Source: the human T2T-CHM13v2.0 reference genome, Homo sapiens
DNA: 64,000 bases
Reading direction: 5' to 3' (one strand)
NCBI RefSeq assembly: GCF_009914755.1
Contig: NC_060932.1
The notes under the pieces were generated by a model, which saw nothing but the letters and a program-made list of their open reading frames with translations, did not search any database and had not been told where the DNA came from. This document shows, one piece after another, positions 1 to 14,921 of the stretch; positions within the stretch are counted from its first letter, which is position 1, and each line of letters begins with the position of its first letter. Position numbers and translations under genes: made by a program.

Positions 1-852
1 AGTGTTTATAGATGAAATTGTTTTATTCATTACTGGTCTTAACACTGATCTCACTGATTCTTCATACATTTGGGGTATGTGTGTATGTGTGTGACTATGA
101 TGTTATTTGTCTTAATAAGGTCTGTGACAAACAGATTGCTTTATTTTTGCAGATAATAAGATAGAAAGTCATCTTTCTGTCTTTTACAAAAACATAGACC
201 CCGTGTGTGTCTAATCCTTCCTTAGCCTTCATGCATTTCTCCCCTTCATGAAGAGGCCTTCAAAACAATGGTCTTTCTGGATTAATATCTGGCAATTCCT
301 TATATGACCTGGAATGCGTGTCAAGAGCTGCTCATAGTTTGACTACATGGGCTTTTTTGGGATATTATTCAGTCATTTTCTCATCTGTCAGAAATATCCT
401 ACCTTGTGAATCCAGATGGCGTTTGTATTGAAAGGTTAAAACCCAACTATCAGAAGCTCCAATGTTTCCAAGCTCCTTTTTTTTTTTTTCACTTTTCCTT
501 CTTTATCTTGGCCCTCTCTGTTTGATTACATCCTTGCTTGTTTTTTCACACATTATCAAATGTTGGTATATTTCCTTTTGGATGTTTCCTGAATGTCTAA
601 CTTTTTAAATATATTTTTGAATTTTGTCTCAACTGCCCACTTCCCTGCTTCTCTCTTTCTTAAGGTCCTGGTAAAATTCAAAGTAGAGTCAGATTGTCAG
701 TCTACTTACTCTCATGTTCCTCCTGTGAACTGTTAGGGCTATGTTATAGTACTCGCAATTCTGTACTTAAAACAATAAAAACAAAATAAAACTGCTTTTT
801 CTCCTCTTTGGGTCTACATATTTCTTCATTCTCTTTGTTAATTCAGAATTTT

Positions 853-1148
<296 letters not shown>

Positions 1149-2224
1149 TCAGCTATTATCCAAACAAGCCACCCTTCCTTTCTTAAGATCCTGAAAAAAC
1201 ATCAAATGTGTGTGTTCATCTATTTTGTGTTAATGTTGAAAAAGTATCATGAAATAGTAACATTACACAGGACAATAATAAAATCAGAGGGCTCCAAGAC
1301 AGTTTTAGAGAACATCTAGTGTCTCTATGACTTTTGAAATGCCAGACTTCCCTGTGGAAGAATTTCCTGACAGTGACACTAATTAAATCCTGAATTAGGT
1401 ATCCAACATGAATTTTATGTGTATCTACTTTAATCATATGCCATAGTTAAAATGGTAAACTCAGGCAATTTATTTTAACTGAAGCCTTTAAAATATTACA
1501 TTTCGATCTGTCATAACAGTTAACATATCATTTTTCTATAAAGAAAGAAACTAAGTTCCTTTCATAATTTATGGCTACCCGAACACAAAGTTGAGGTGGG
1601 AGTTTTCTAAACTTTCATGAATCAAATAAATGCCTATACAAGACTAGTAAGGCAGATGACAATTAAATAGCAGCAGCAACACAGTTAGGTTTGGTTTGGT
1701 TTTATTATAATCAGAAATTTGTTCTTTGCTTGTGATATCTCCTTTCTTATGTAGAGCTGACACATCAACATTTTTCTCACATTCCATCTGAGATTTTCAG
1801 CCAATAGTATCATTTTTCAATAACAACAGTAGCTGTTTCAGAGAGATTATACTACTTACTTTTCCTCATTTTGATAAGGCATAAACCACAAATGTCCTTA
1901 AAAGTTCAGGTTCTCCTTGGCACCCATGAAATTATATTAGAATTTTCAAGTTGGTAGAAACCTGGATTCGATGAGATTTGCTATCTCCCCAGGCTCGCTA
2001 ATTAACAGGAACCCTGGAGACAGGACGCTTGGCTCTTGGGCTGGTGCACTACCCCCACAGCACTGGCTTCTGCCATCTTGGGCACTTTTGACTTTTTAAA
2101 AAATAATGTGTACTTATTTTCCCTTGGGTTAGCTCCGTTTTGAAGTCAGCAAGTTGACTGATAAAATGGCAGCAAAAAGGGACAGCGTCCTGCTCTCCTG
2201 CAGCCTGCCCCGCGATGCGGGAGC

Positions 2225-2390
2225 AGTGTGATGTGATGAAATCTCACTGGACTCGGGGAATGCCAGTAATTCTTAGACAGCTCCACACCAGCTTTGGCCT
2301 CAGGCAAAGGCACTTAGATTCTCCAGGATTTTGTTTTCTTCATCTACCAAATGACAGTTGGGCTAAATGACCTCTGACCTCCCTACCCCG
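2225..2390 (+). mobile_element. MIR-family SINE fragment (degenerate)
   Basis: GGCAAAGGCACTTAGATTCTC...TTTCTTCATCTACCAAATGA resembles the MIR core; boundaries approximate. Confidence 0.45.
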
Positions 2391-3356
2391 CTTTAGAATT
2401 AAAACAATATTCCCAAATACACTGAAGTCACTTACGAACCACACTGTGGTAATCCTACATTATGTCAATTCACATCAATCATTCATTAGTGGACTTATCT
2501 AAAAAAGTCTGAGCCAGCCCGATTAAGCAAAGAATGTCAAACTCAACCAACCTTCATCAAATGGATTTGATATGAATTGCAAGTGTATTGTTCACATACC
2601 TTTATGACTGAAAGCAACAATTATCAAATATTTTCCAATCTTCTAATGAATCTAAAAACTGTGTATGAAGTGGAAATAACTATTGTTACACTTCCTTTCC
2701 TTCCTATTCTTTACCACGGTTGCTTTGGATTGCTCACTGTTCAGCAGTGCTCCACACTTCCCTTGGTAGTGAACAAGCAGACAGCTGAAGGAGTAAAAAT
2801 TCTAGGATTTTTGTTTACATCTTCATTATTTCCCTATGCCCAATGCATTTCCCAGCTGATTTTCATGAATGCTCCCTCCTCTGTTCATCTCTTATTCCCT
2901 CTCATTATCCTTCCGACAGGATAATGTCCTTCCATTGTCCATTTTTTTCTCATTACTCTCTTATCATTACCCTAACTACTTCACTCTGGCATCTCACTAA
3001 TTTCCCCTTCAGGCTAAACATTAAAGAATCCTAAACATTTCTGTAAATTATTGAAAGAGGCTTGTTTTTACCTTCAGAAAAATATCCAGCAAAAATAGAA
3101 AAGCTTTATGTATTTACTTTCTGGTTTTGGACAGAGGAGAGCTAATTTAAATAATTTTTTTTAAGTACGAGCTTGAAGAAACAACACATTATTTATTGAA
3201 TTAACACTTCATAATTAACATTTGAGTTTGATTTACTCACAAAATGTTATACTCATTAAAAATATAATAATTCCAATGTTCCTTGCTTAACAGAAATTCA
3301 CGGAGAATTTCAAATGTGAAAAATAATTTAATAAAAACTGTATTCTAAGAAGCATC

Positions 3357-3708
<352 letters not shown>

Positions 3709-4381
3709 CTATCTTAGACCATCAGCAGCAACTATTGAGCCCCTCAAATTAGGTACAGCAGTAACCTCCCACCCTGCCAATCATGGGCATTTTGTCAAGC
3801 TCAACAAACACTAATTTGAGTGCTAATATTCTGTGCTAAAGGCACTAATCATTAGTTAAATAAACAAACCATTTGAGTGTATAACTGTCAACAAGACCAA
3901 AACCTGCTCACAGAGGGATCAACCTCATGCCCTAGCCAACTACTGAAGTGCAATAGACCCAATTATACAGCACTGCTGAGTCACCAGGGCCACATCTGCA
4001 CAGCACGACCAAAGCACACTTTGACTAGAAAGTCCAAGGGTAGTTCAGGAAGAATCAAATCAGAACTGCCTTTAGAGCCCCATGCTACTCACTGCCTTAG
4101 GAGCTGGTGCTGCCTCTGGGCTTGGGATGGCCCCGCCTCTCTGACCCTCCCACTCCCCTCACTGGTCCTTTCTTCCTGGCTCCTGGCTCCTTGGCTGAAA
4201 ACAAAACAAAAAACTGTGAGCAGGACACACCCTTGCTTCAAAGCCTCCATTGGCCCTCAGGAACCAGGTGAGGTCAAAATAAGCTTTAGCATCAGTTGGG
4301 ACCTGTCACAATCCTGTGCTCCCATCACTCACTGGCAGGGAGACCTTTGACCATCAGCAGGAGGCACTTCATAAAAGGGAC

Positions 4382-4384
<3 letters not shown>

Positions 4385-4422
<38 letters not shown>
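4385..4422. repeat. (GT)19 microsatellite
   Basis: Perfect GT dinucleotide run, read directly. Confidence 0.98.
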
Positions 4423-4424
<2 letters not shown>

Positions 4425-4807
4425 ATGTGTAAAACATTAAAGGAGCTGGCATCGGGTGCTTTATTTCCATTTCATAAGTATTTTCATTTAATAGGTATTA
4501 AATGTACATTGTTTTCCTCCCTTTCTCTATTTAATTGATGGGTTGATTTCAAATTTCTTAATGTGGCACACCCCACTGTTACCATCTGAACCAAACTGTG
4601 TTGCTCTGGCACCTTCTTTCACTCCCCCATCCTGAGCCTCACTCAGGGGCATCAGTGTCCCCAAACTCATCAGGCAGGAGTCCGTGACCTGTTCCTATGA
4701 TGCTGTTTACCATTTTTCCCCTTCAAAATGTGTACTCATTATTTAATCTCAACCTCTATGTCTTTGCAAACTCCGGTGAGCTACAGCTCCTTTCTGTCCT
4801 CACAGCA

Positions 4808-4833
4808 CATTCATTCATTCATTCATTCATTCA
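4808..4833. repeat. (CATT)n tetranucleotide repeat, probably an L2 3' tail
   Basis: About six CATT units; L2 elements end in (TGAA)n. Confidence 0.85.
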
Positions 4834-4859
4834 CTCATAGCAATTCTACTTTGTGTTTA

Positions 4860-4985
4860 GAAGCATGGAGGCTAGCACCAGCCAACCTGAATCAAATCCT
4901 AGCTTGACCACTCACTAGCTGTATAAACTCCAGCAAGTTCTTCATCTTTGTGCCCCAGTGCCTTTAGCTATAAATCACAGTTAAA
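4860..4985 (+). mobile_element. MIR fragment
   Basis: CAAATCCTAGCTTGACCACTCACTAGCTGTATAAACTCCAGCAAGTT...TGTGCCCCAGT matches the MIR 5'/core region. Confidence 0.6.
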
Positions 4986-6134
4986 AACGCTAGTGTCAGA
5001 ATATCTGACATATGGTAGGAAAACAATAGGCATCGAAGTTAAAGGTCTTGAATTCTTGTCTTGGATCTGCCCGTTATTACAAGAGTTAATTTAGGCAAGT
5101 CGATGAAATCAACACTGTCTACCACCATCATGTTGTATGTAAAATGAGGAGGAGTGAAAGAGTCTCTCTGAGATCTCTTCTACATTTAAAATTCTAAAAT
5201 TTTCTCTTAATCTGTTGATTTATAATTCCTGAGTTATGTTATGTACGTTATGTAAGTTTTCCTTGCATTAATGTGCCCATAGAATTCCTTAAAATATTGC
5301 CAGATCAAATGCAACTGAAAAGAAAATTCTCCCTAGTTTTCTTTTCTCCATATAGCGTACTCCCTTTAATTGGGAACACTTGTACTACAACCAAAGGGGT
5401 TTCTAATAAAATACAAATAGTGTCCAAGTATTAAAGCATTCTGATCGCTACATAGTAAAGGGTTACGAGCCAAAAAAATCCAAGATTACGGGAATCTGAT
5501 ATTCATGGGTGTTTGCACTGCATGTCAAGGAGCCCTGAGTATTGCCTGTCAAGAATCAGAAGTTCTTCAACCAAACAGCATTTCCTCTCATTCACATCTA
5601 CATTAATATCCTTCAAATATGACTACTTAATACTGAAGTCAGAACGCCATTTCAGAGCTTACTGAATCAAAGACTTTTACAGCCAGAGGGAACTTTAGCA
5701 TTTTAAAGATAAATATGCTCCGTTTTTGTCAGATACCACCTTTGTATATTAATCCATAATCTTAACAAGGGAGGAACAACTGAGAATAATTTACTTCTTT
5801 ATAGGAACTATTTGCATTTTTATTATTATGCAAAAGCATGGGAGGATCTAAAGTATCACACAACAGGTTCTCCACAAATTCATCTTTGCTGATTGTCAAG
5901 TCCATACACCTAGTTCTTATAACATAGCTTGTAATTTAGTTCCATGTTTCTAGATGTCTACATCTAATCTTATTTGTAAAGTCATCATATAGCTGAAGCC
6001 ATAAATGAAGTGTGACTCTAAAGTAATATAGCTAATTTTTAAGTAAATATTGTATACCAGAACTTTAACATGGGTATTAACTAGTCCTTTTTAAGGCACT
6101 AAAGTTATCTTGAGAGTGTTCTTTTATATTGTAA

Positions 6135-6445
6135 ATTAGTAATTTATAATTGTATGTATTTATGGGGTACAATGTGATGTTATCATATACAATGTGGAAT
6201 GACTGATCAAGTTGATCAACATATTAGTCACCTCACATAGCATTTTTCGTGATGAGAACATCTTAAATGTATTCTCAACAATTGAGAAATACACAGTACA
6301 TTATTATTAATATAGTCACCATGTTGTAGAATAGATCTCAAAAAACTTATTCCTCTGTCTAGCTGAAACTTTGTACCCTTTAACCAAAACTCCCCATCCT
6401 CTACTTCCAGCCCCCAGCCTCCGGTAATCACCTTTCTACTCTATC
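6135..6445 (-). mobile_element. L1MA-type LINE-1 3' end fragment
   Basis: TTGTATGTATTTATGGGGTACAATGTGATG...ATAGTCACCATGTTGTAGAATAGATCTC...GAAACTTTGTACCCTTTAACC is the antisense L1MA 3' UTR pattern. Confidence 0.85.
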
Positions 6446-6508
6446 TTAAAGTATTCAACTGGATCCATATTTATCTCAAAACTCTTGTTTTGAAATTACC
6501 TACTTTCT

Positions 6509-6512
<4 letters not shown>

Positions 6513-6540
<28 letters not shown>

Positions 6541-6561
6541 CATCTGTGTGTGTCTGTGTGT
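6513..6561. repeat. (TG)14 plus interrupted TG microsatellite
   Basis: Read directly. Confidence 0.95.
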
Positions 6562-9500
6562 AAACTTTATTTTTCCAGTAAATGAAATTGGAGAAACTAT
6601 CAAAAAGTCAACTAGATATGTGTTAAAGTACAGCAAAATGTTATGGTAGAATCTAGCTTTATTTTAAATTATGTTTGAATGTTTATTATTTATTTTTAAG
6701 TATTTTTATTTATTATTATATAATTAATATGTTTGAATATTTTCAAAATAAATTATAGGAAAAAATCAGAACTTAATAAAATAGGTAATCTATTGAGTAA
6801 CAGACTGACTCTATATAATAAACTATATAGCTAAACTAATGTTCATGCATATCATGTCTCATAGATCCTTTCTCTATAGACGGTTATAGAAAAGGTGTTC
6901 CATAGTGTTTCAAACAATGGCAATACTCTCGGGTCAACTGTGTAGTGTTAAAAGGAGTATCACTTCTTTGGAGCTAGAAATTCCTGAAATTGTATTCATT
7001 ATAGAGCATGGAGGCAACTTCATGACTTCCTTCACTAGCCAGAAATGCGAGATGGATGGGTAGCCCCGAGTAGTGCTATCATGCTTCCAGTACAGCGTGC
7101 CTTTTGAAAGGACTACGTAGGCAGGAATAGAGATTTGATCAAACATGTGGAACTGATTGATGCTGGCATTCAGCCCTGAATTCATTTAAATTATGATACC
7201 AAATACAGTAGAGAGGGACCAAGACTTATGAATGGATACTTCCTGCCTTTGAATGGCACTGAACCCCAAGAGGTCCCCTAAACCATAAGTCTTGCAACCA
7301 CAAAATGTACTCTTCCTTTTTTCTGTTCCTTTTTCTCTTTTGGAACCCACCAAATTCTCTGTATATAGCTATTTCTCTGAGCCAGCTCTGGTGTAACACT
7401 TAAAAACCACAGAATTATGCTGGGAGGTTAGCACCCATTCCATAATAAAACTGTGAAATTGTTTCTTGTTCAGAAAAGCTATGGTGGTATCCTTAAAGGC
7501 TTCAGAAGGAAAAAAAATTCCATTTTCCCTTTCATGGCACTCATCAAAAAAAAAAAAAAAGGTGGACGACAGCCACCAACACTGTGTGAAGCAACAGCTC
7601 TGCCAAAACTGTGAATAATTAACAGATTTGAAAATATAAGTAGCTTAAGCCAATCACACATTTGGCAGAGGTGAAAGTTGACTGTGGTAGCTTGCTACTA
7701 CAAGTGCACTCTTCTTCAAAAACAAGATTTCCCACCTGTCCCTTGCTGACTACAGAGAGTTGAATCCCCATCCACATTTCCACAGGCTACGATGATGCCT
7801 CCAAAATCCTGGAGGAGACAACAGAATATTTATAACATTTTATATTCAAAGCATTTCAGAGAGTTTTCTGTAAAAGAAATTTTTATGATTTAAAGTAAAT
7901 TAGCTTATTTCCCCAGAAATAGATGCTTCCTTCACCTAACATACATGATTTTAAAAAAATCTAAATCTCTTTTTTTATTGTGTTAAAATAGAGGGTTTTA
8001 AGATTCTCCACCAAGGCTCTTTCAAAATGTAACCCATTTCCTCTTCACACCTGCGTAAAGACTGGACAAAAGTTGAACAATGTATTTTAAGGATGAATGG
8101 CATCACTCACTTAAATGTCCCCTTCAAGGGAAAAATATTATAAACAACTCCTTATCAAACACAAGAAAGCATAAAAGGAAAAACCAACAGATTAATCATA
8201 TGAATAATCGGCTACACACATGTTTTACTGCTTTCAAAAATTCATTTTGAATTGAAGTATTAGTCGTGGAATGCCTTAGGGCACTGAGGCTATCATTCCA
8301 TTTAACCTACACATATCATTTCTCTAAGCAAAAATAGTGCACACTCACCTTGTACAGAATTGTTCTAATGTAATAAAATAATGTAATTGTTATTATTTTC
8401 CAGCCTTTCTTGGGTGAAAATTAGACTTTTTCTTCCTAGACAATTTCATTCTTTTTTTCAACTATTTACCTGTTCTTTTCTACTTTCCCATGATTCTCCT
8501 TTCTTAATTTTTACGTCCTTCATTACCTGCAGACACATCACATTTTTCTTATTATTTAAACGAGCTATATTTAGAAGCAACTGCACTGTATTTCTTTTCA
8601 AATATGAAAGAGAGTTTCACCTTTGATAGCACACATCTGTTCTTTTCTATGTTTATGTGATGGTGGTAATAAAAGATTTTTCAAAAATGCCTCAGAGCTC
8701 AAGATTTTATTTTTTAAATAATTCATAGGCAAGTCTTGTAACTGGTGCAAAAATAATTCTGCTGCTGAGACGCAAAGAAATCATGTTTGATGTTTAATAG
8801 CCAGGATTCTATTTCCTTCCCGTGGTTGTTATTTGAATAATGGTACAGTCTAGATGCATAGTAGTTTGGTCTGTAGAATACAGCAAGGTCACGACGAATT
8901 CTGGAGCATTTTCGGCCCCTCAAACATCTCTCAAGTTAAAATGAGTCCCAACCCATTGGGAGGCAAACCCAATGCATGCTCAAAACATCCAAACCAGATA
9001 AGCAAAATTCTGGGGTCCTGTGCTTCATTCTACTCCTCTCCTGCCTGAAAAAACTAGTGGTCTCTTCTAACTTAGGAAAGGATTAAGTAATAATTTAGTA
9101 GAAGCTGACTTTTATAGGACTCAAAAACAAAACTGCTGGCAGAGTACCTGTGATTATCATGGAATGAGGCCAAAATATTTGAAGAGCTTCTTTTGCCCTT
9201 GACTTCAGAGTGACTTTACCAGAATGTTAGAAGTGAAACAAGGCTCCAGCTGTGGCACCAACAAAGTCACTCAATGTGTTCTGGGCTAAGTTGGTGATAT
9301 TGCCCTTCTCCTGCAATCACAAATAGTGCCTGTGTTTGCGCTCAGAGGTGACTGCCGTCCCCTGGGTTTAAGGGCTCTGTGTGTAATGACTTTTAGGAAA
9401 CTATAACAGTTACAGAGACCTGCTGCTAGCTGATGATTTTTACCCTCCATGTTGCATGTTTTCATTCAATCATTCATTGGACAATAACCACCAAAACTAT

Positions 9501-9816
9501 AATAACATAAATTCCATATTTATGGAGAGCCTACCATGTGCCAGGCCATTTTATATTCAATATACATACAATAAAAAAGTTTAAAACACTCAACTAAGAA
9601 TTAATAATGGCACTGCAGAAGCTTTCTATAAATTAAATATTTAATGGGGATTTAAAAATCCCTGTTATTCATTATTTATTTCAACACAACCAAATTCTCC
9701 CAGTGCCCAAGCTGCATTAACACTTTCAGTCCTGAGGATCTTATTGGCAAGCTCCAATTTCAGAGAACTAAATAATAACCTAGGTGTTAATGAAAATCAG
9801 GATTGCAAAGGGTTCA

Positions 9817-10219
<403 letters not shown>

Positions 10220-10486
10220 GGACACTCTGGACATGCAGTCTAAGTAAACTGAATCATCATCCACCACGCAGTGACATGTTTTAAAAACTGCATATGCAAA
10301 GCACATATTCCATGTCTATTCACTGGTAATAATGCTCTGCACTATGGCATAGGCCAGGCTAGTGGAGAATGTGTCCATGGAGAAAGGGAAGAAGCAAGCG
10401 CTCCAGCTTTCCTGTGTTTCTGCTCACAGCTAGCAGCAGTACCTACCTGCACTCACTGTGCAAACTAATTACATGCAACAGGTTAG

Positions 10487-10835
<349 letters not shown>

Positions 10836-10875
10836 GAATTGTTCTGCAAATAGAGCCCTTAGAGACTCATCAGAG

Positions 10876-11049
10876 ATTTTTTTTTTTTCCTAGAGACGGG
10901 GTTCCACTATGTTGTCCCGGCTGGAGTTCAGTAGCTATTCACAGGCGCCATCATAGCACACTAGAGCCTCAAATTACTGGCCTCAAGCCATCCTTCACCC
11001 TCAGCCTCCCTAGTAGCTGGGACTACAGGAATATGACAGTATGCTGGCT
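10876..11049 (-). mobile_element. FAM (fossil Alu monomer)
   Basis: Monomeric Alu retaining the 7SL-derived GCTATTCACAGGCG segment (CGCCTGTGAATAGC in sense), which dimeric Alus lack. Confidence 0.85.
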
Positions 11050-11984
11050 TGGAGAATTTCAAAGACAGAAGGGGCTTAAAAACACCATATAAGCTAATTT
11101 CAAAACATCACAGAATTCAATTACAAACAACATTATCAGAAAATTAAAATTTCTGTCTTTGCATTATGAATAAAGAATATTTATGTCTAACAGGAAAAAA
11201 TTATTGCAATATAAGTTCTTGCATTTCACATGGATGTAAAAACATCCAGCCTCAATTTGGAATGATACTCAGAATAGAAACATATTCAATAGTGTATGAT
11301 TGTTAGCAGTCCTTGATTATTATTATAGTAATGTACCTTCAGGACATATCTGAAGTGGAATAATCACTTTACAAAAAAACAAATACGGTTTTCCTGAAAG
11401 TAAAAAGTAATATTCTGTCTTGTTCTCAAGATCAAAATGGCCATGATCCCAAAGGCCCCATGCAGAGCTACTCAGCGCCTCAGAATAAGAAATTCTCAAA
11501 ATCAGCAAAGAAAATATCTTTATATCCTGGCAGCTTTCAGTTCTAAAGGTAACTGACAAATTCTGTTCTTGACCATTATCTGTAGCAATAACCAGGAAGC
11601 TGCTGGGTTAACCAAACTATTAGATTGTGTTCAGCAATCACTCTCTGTCTGAATCTTCAGGTACCTCCCTGAGTCTGCACATCCATGAACAGTTCCATGA
11701 AAGCTCCACATTAGAACATAATAGATAATTCCCCCTTTTTTATCTGTGAAGACATTGAAACATCAGACAGTTAGAAAACTCACCCAAAAAGCATAAAACA
11801 TATAAATAACAGAGCAAAATTTCTGGTCTTCTGGCTTCAAGTTAATAGACCTTCCCCCAAAAAGAAGGCAACAGAGGAAGTTTTCTTGGAAATGTTCTCA
11901 TTTTTTATATTATCGGGAATGAATTGAGCCAAAAAATAAAGGGTGGGAGAAACCTATGGCTAATTTTAATTCTTCCCAGATACA

Positions 11985-12118
11985 TTTTTAATTAATTTCT
12001 TATTTTTGTGGGTGCACAGGAGATTTGTATATTTATGAGTTACATGAGATATTTTGATACTGGCATGCAATGCATAATATTCACATCGGGTAAATGGGGT
12101 ATCCATCACATCAAGCAT
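11985..12118 (-). mobile_element. L1MA-type LINE-1 extreme 3' end, heavily 5'-truncated
   Basis: TATATTTATGAGTTACATGAGATATTTTGATACTGGCATGCAATGCATAAT...GGGGTATCCATCAC; approximate TSD CCAGATACATT / CCAGAAATATT. Confidence 0.8.
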
Positions 12119-14175
12119 GCCAGAAATATTATATTTTAAGTTACATCATCCATTAAAAGCAATTTGTATTTATATCATGTAAAACACTATTTATGTTTAT
12201 ATAAGTATGTATAAGCATAAGAGATATTAATATATGAAATATGGTTATTGAAAATAAAAATGTATTTTCGAAAAAATGTTCAAATTTACTCAAAGACATT
12301 TAAAATTAGTCATGAGCTCTTTTCAGCTAGTTTGCAATCTATTCCACTGACTCATTTTCAATGACAGTATAAGCAAATCATTTTATCTATCCATTATTAT
12401 TTGGCCCGGTAATGAAAATGAAAAAAACAAACAGCTGGTGATATAAGAAAACATGCACGCTTAAAACATCTGAACTATATTTAAATCCATAATATAAGTC
12501 AGTTTGCTCTTTCAACTTAGGGACCAAAAAATCAGTTAATTAATCATTCAATTGCTAACAAATGCTACTCAGACTTCACTTGGCAACTATGTGGTCACCC
12601 CAAAAATCAATGATAATTAAGTGGCTGATCAATAAACTCTCCTCTTCGTTGGATCACAAAGACCCTAAAGTTTTATCTTCTGTTCTTTTTAACAAACTAG
12701 ATAAAATACATTTTTTAATCAACATACTGGGCTGAAAAGATCTAGAACTTCAATATCTTGTTGTATTTTTTAATATAGATTAAAACCAATGTGTTAATGA
12801 TCATATCTACAATACATCAAAGTATTAAATATTAGAAACTGGATTTTTTTTCGAACATTCTTCATTGAATAAGACAACCAAAGTAGACCAATAGCTAAGC
12901 AATTATTCAGCCAGCTGAAAACAGCAGTATGGTGAACCTGCCCAGCTCTCCATTTTTTCTAATCTATAAATTATTTTAAATCCCTTGTAAAAAGATTTCA
13001 ATAGGATTTTAAACAATGGTTTTCAAACACTCAGGTAGAAGAGCATTTCTGCTGGCTACTGATACCTTTATGAACTCCTGAGTTAAACCACTTCTATGGA
13101 TCACAGAGTGCTTTATAGTTTCCCAAAAGAAAGTGAATCTGTTTGAAATATGAGTATTTAGAAAGTTCGCCTCTCTTTTGGAATGTAGTCAAAGAAGAGA
13201 GAAGAGTGGAGTGGCGGGGGTTTCTATACTAAGCAGGCTTTGAAAATTAAAAGCACAGAAGTATATGTTCTTGTATTATATAGTCACACTAATAAAAGCA
13301 ATAAAACATATCCAGGGGTTGCCTGACATGAACAATTTTATAAGCCTGGTATCGATCCCCAGATTCTTTTCAAGTGAGGTTGCTTTGCAGTAACCTATTC
13401 CCTTGTGCATTTTCTATCACTGCACTCCTAAGCCTTGTGCTAAATATAGGAGAGCTTGGAATTTCACGCATTGTGACAATTTATTGCAACTTTTGTTCTA
13501 TTGTCAAAGTTTATTATCCAGTCAGAATTAACACCAGTGCACAAGGAAAGCAGATATAATGAAGCAACAGCTCCAAGTTGACAAAGCAGCTAGACTTGGA
13601 GCTGAAACTCCAAGCAAAGTTTTATTCTCCCTTCCAGGATTGTTGTTAGAATAGCATTTGTGAAAGTGCTGCATGAACCACACATGACTACTCAAATATT
13701 AGAAACGATAAGCCAGAATGAAACTCCACATATGCCATTAACTCAATACTCAACACGTTTTATTTCTTTGATCTAGTACTTAAAGAGCCATCAGATTAAT
13801 GAATTAAGTAGAATCAAAATTATGTAATATTTTATTGAAATTTTTTTCTAATATAATGTTAATACTAGTTTTATTGAACTCTACGGTAAATTTTAAAGCA
13901 TCAACATAAGGAGGAAAAGTCCATACTTTCACTTCATCCTAATTCCTTGTACTAATACAAACACCTAAATATGTTCTCAGGGTCAAGAGAAGCTCAAGAT
14001 GACCTTCTGGATCTCACATTTGCATCACCTAACATTTGGTGTGTGTGCTAAGTATTTTTTCATCCTTTGTAATCTCATTTTGACAGAACTGAATTGTTTT
14101 TGTTTTTTATGTGAAATATCTGTAAGAACAAAAGTGAAAAAGCTCTCATTGCATTCTGCAGTATTTCACCAATAT

Positions 14176-14319
14176 AGAAATCTCTGCAGTAATCCTGATA
14201 AAGTCATTAAATCATTCTTTGCTTTGAAGATCAATTATTCATCATCTAACATTTATGAGAGTCTATTTTATGAGAGGTGCCATGCTAGAAACTGGTCATA
14301 TGAAGACTGAGACAAATGT
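14176..14319 (+). repeat. Local direct duplication A, copy 1 (144 bp)
   Basis: Ungapped match to 14778-14921, 17 mismatches by hand count. Confidence 0.95.
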
Positions 14320-14777
14320 ACATATTCTCACATGCTCTATGGCATAAAAATATCAGCTGAGCTGAACTAGGTTGATTTTAGATGACTTCCAGAACACAAA
14401 ATGAAGGGCTGCTGATGGCATACCCCGAACATATGACATCAACATATAGATGGCAATTATAGTCTAGAAAATAACCCTTCATACTTACTAGGATATTAAA
14501 CTGAAGAAAATGAGGCAGATTTGGTCCCTTAGAGAAGAAACAGATTTCCCACTATCTGATAAGGATGTGGTTTTCTTTACTTACTGTGTAGGTAAAAGCA
14601 GTATATGGGTTTAAGAAAATATCAAGGACAATGAATAAGTCTAGAACAATCCCTAAAACCTTCGAGATTATGTCAGATATCTCAAATAGTCATGGACGTT
14701 GCGGTATCTCCAGGATACAAGTAGAACAGATAACTTTAAAAACAAACAAAATTTTCATTTTAGTTTAAAATTGCGCC

Positions 14778-14921
14778 AGAAATCTTTACAGTAATTCTGA
14801 TAAAGTCATTACATCATTCTTTGCATTGAAGATCAATTATTCATCATCTAACATTTATGGGAGTCTATTATATGAAAGACACCACACTAGAAACTGGTCA
14901 CACAAAGACTAAGACAAATGT
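14778..14921 (+). repeat. Local direct duplication A, copy 2
   Basis: Ungapped match to 14176-14319. Confidence 0.95.

Noticed and set aside
3877-4350. 157-aa ORF
   Set aside because: Non-ATG start, no recognisable domain and no convincing exon boundaries.
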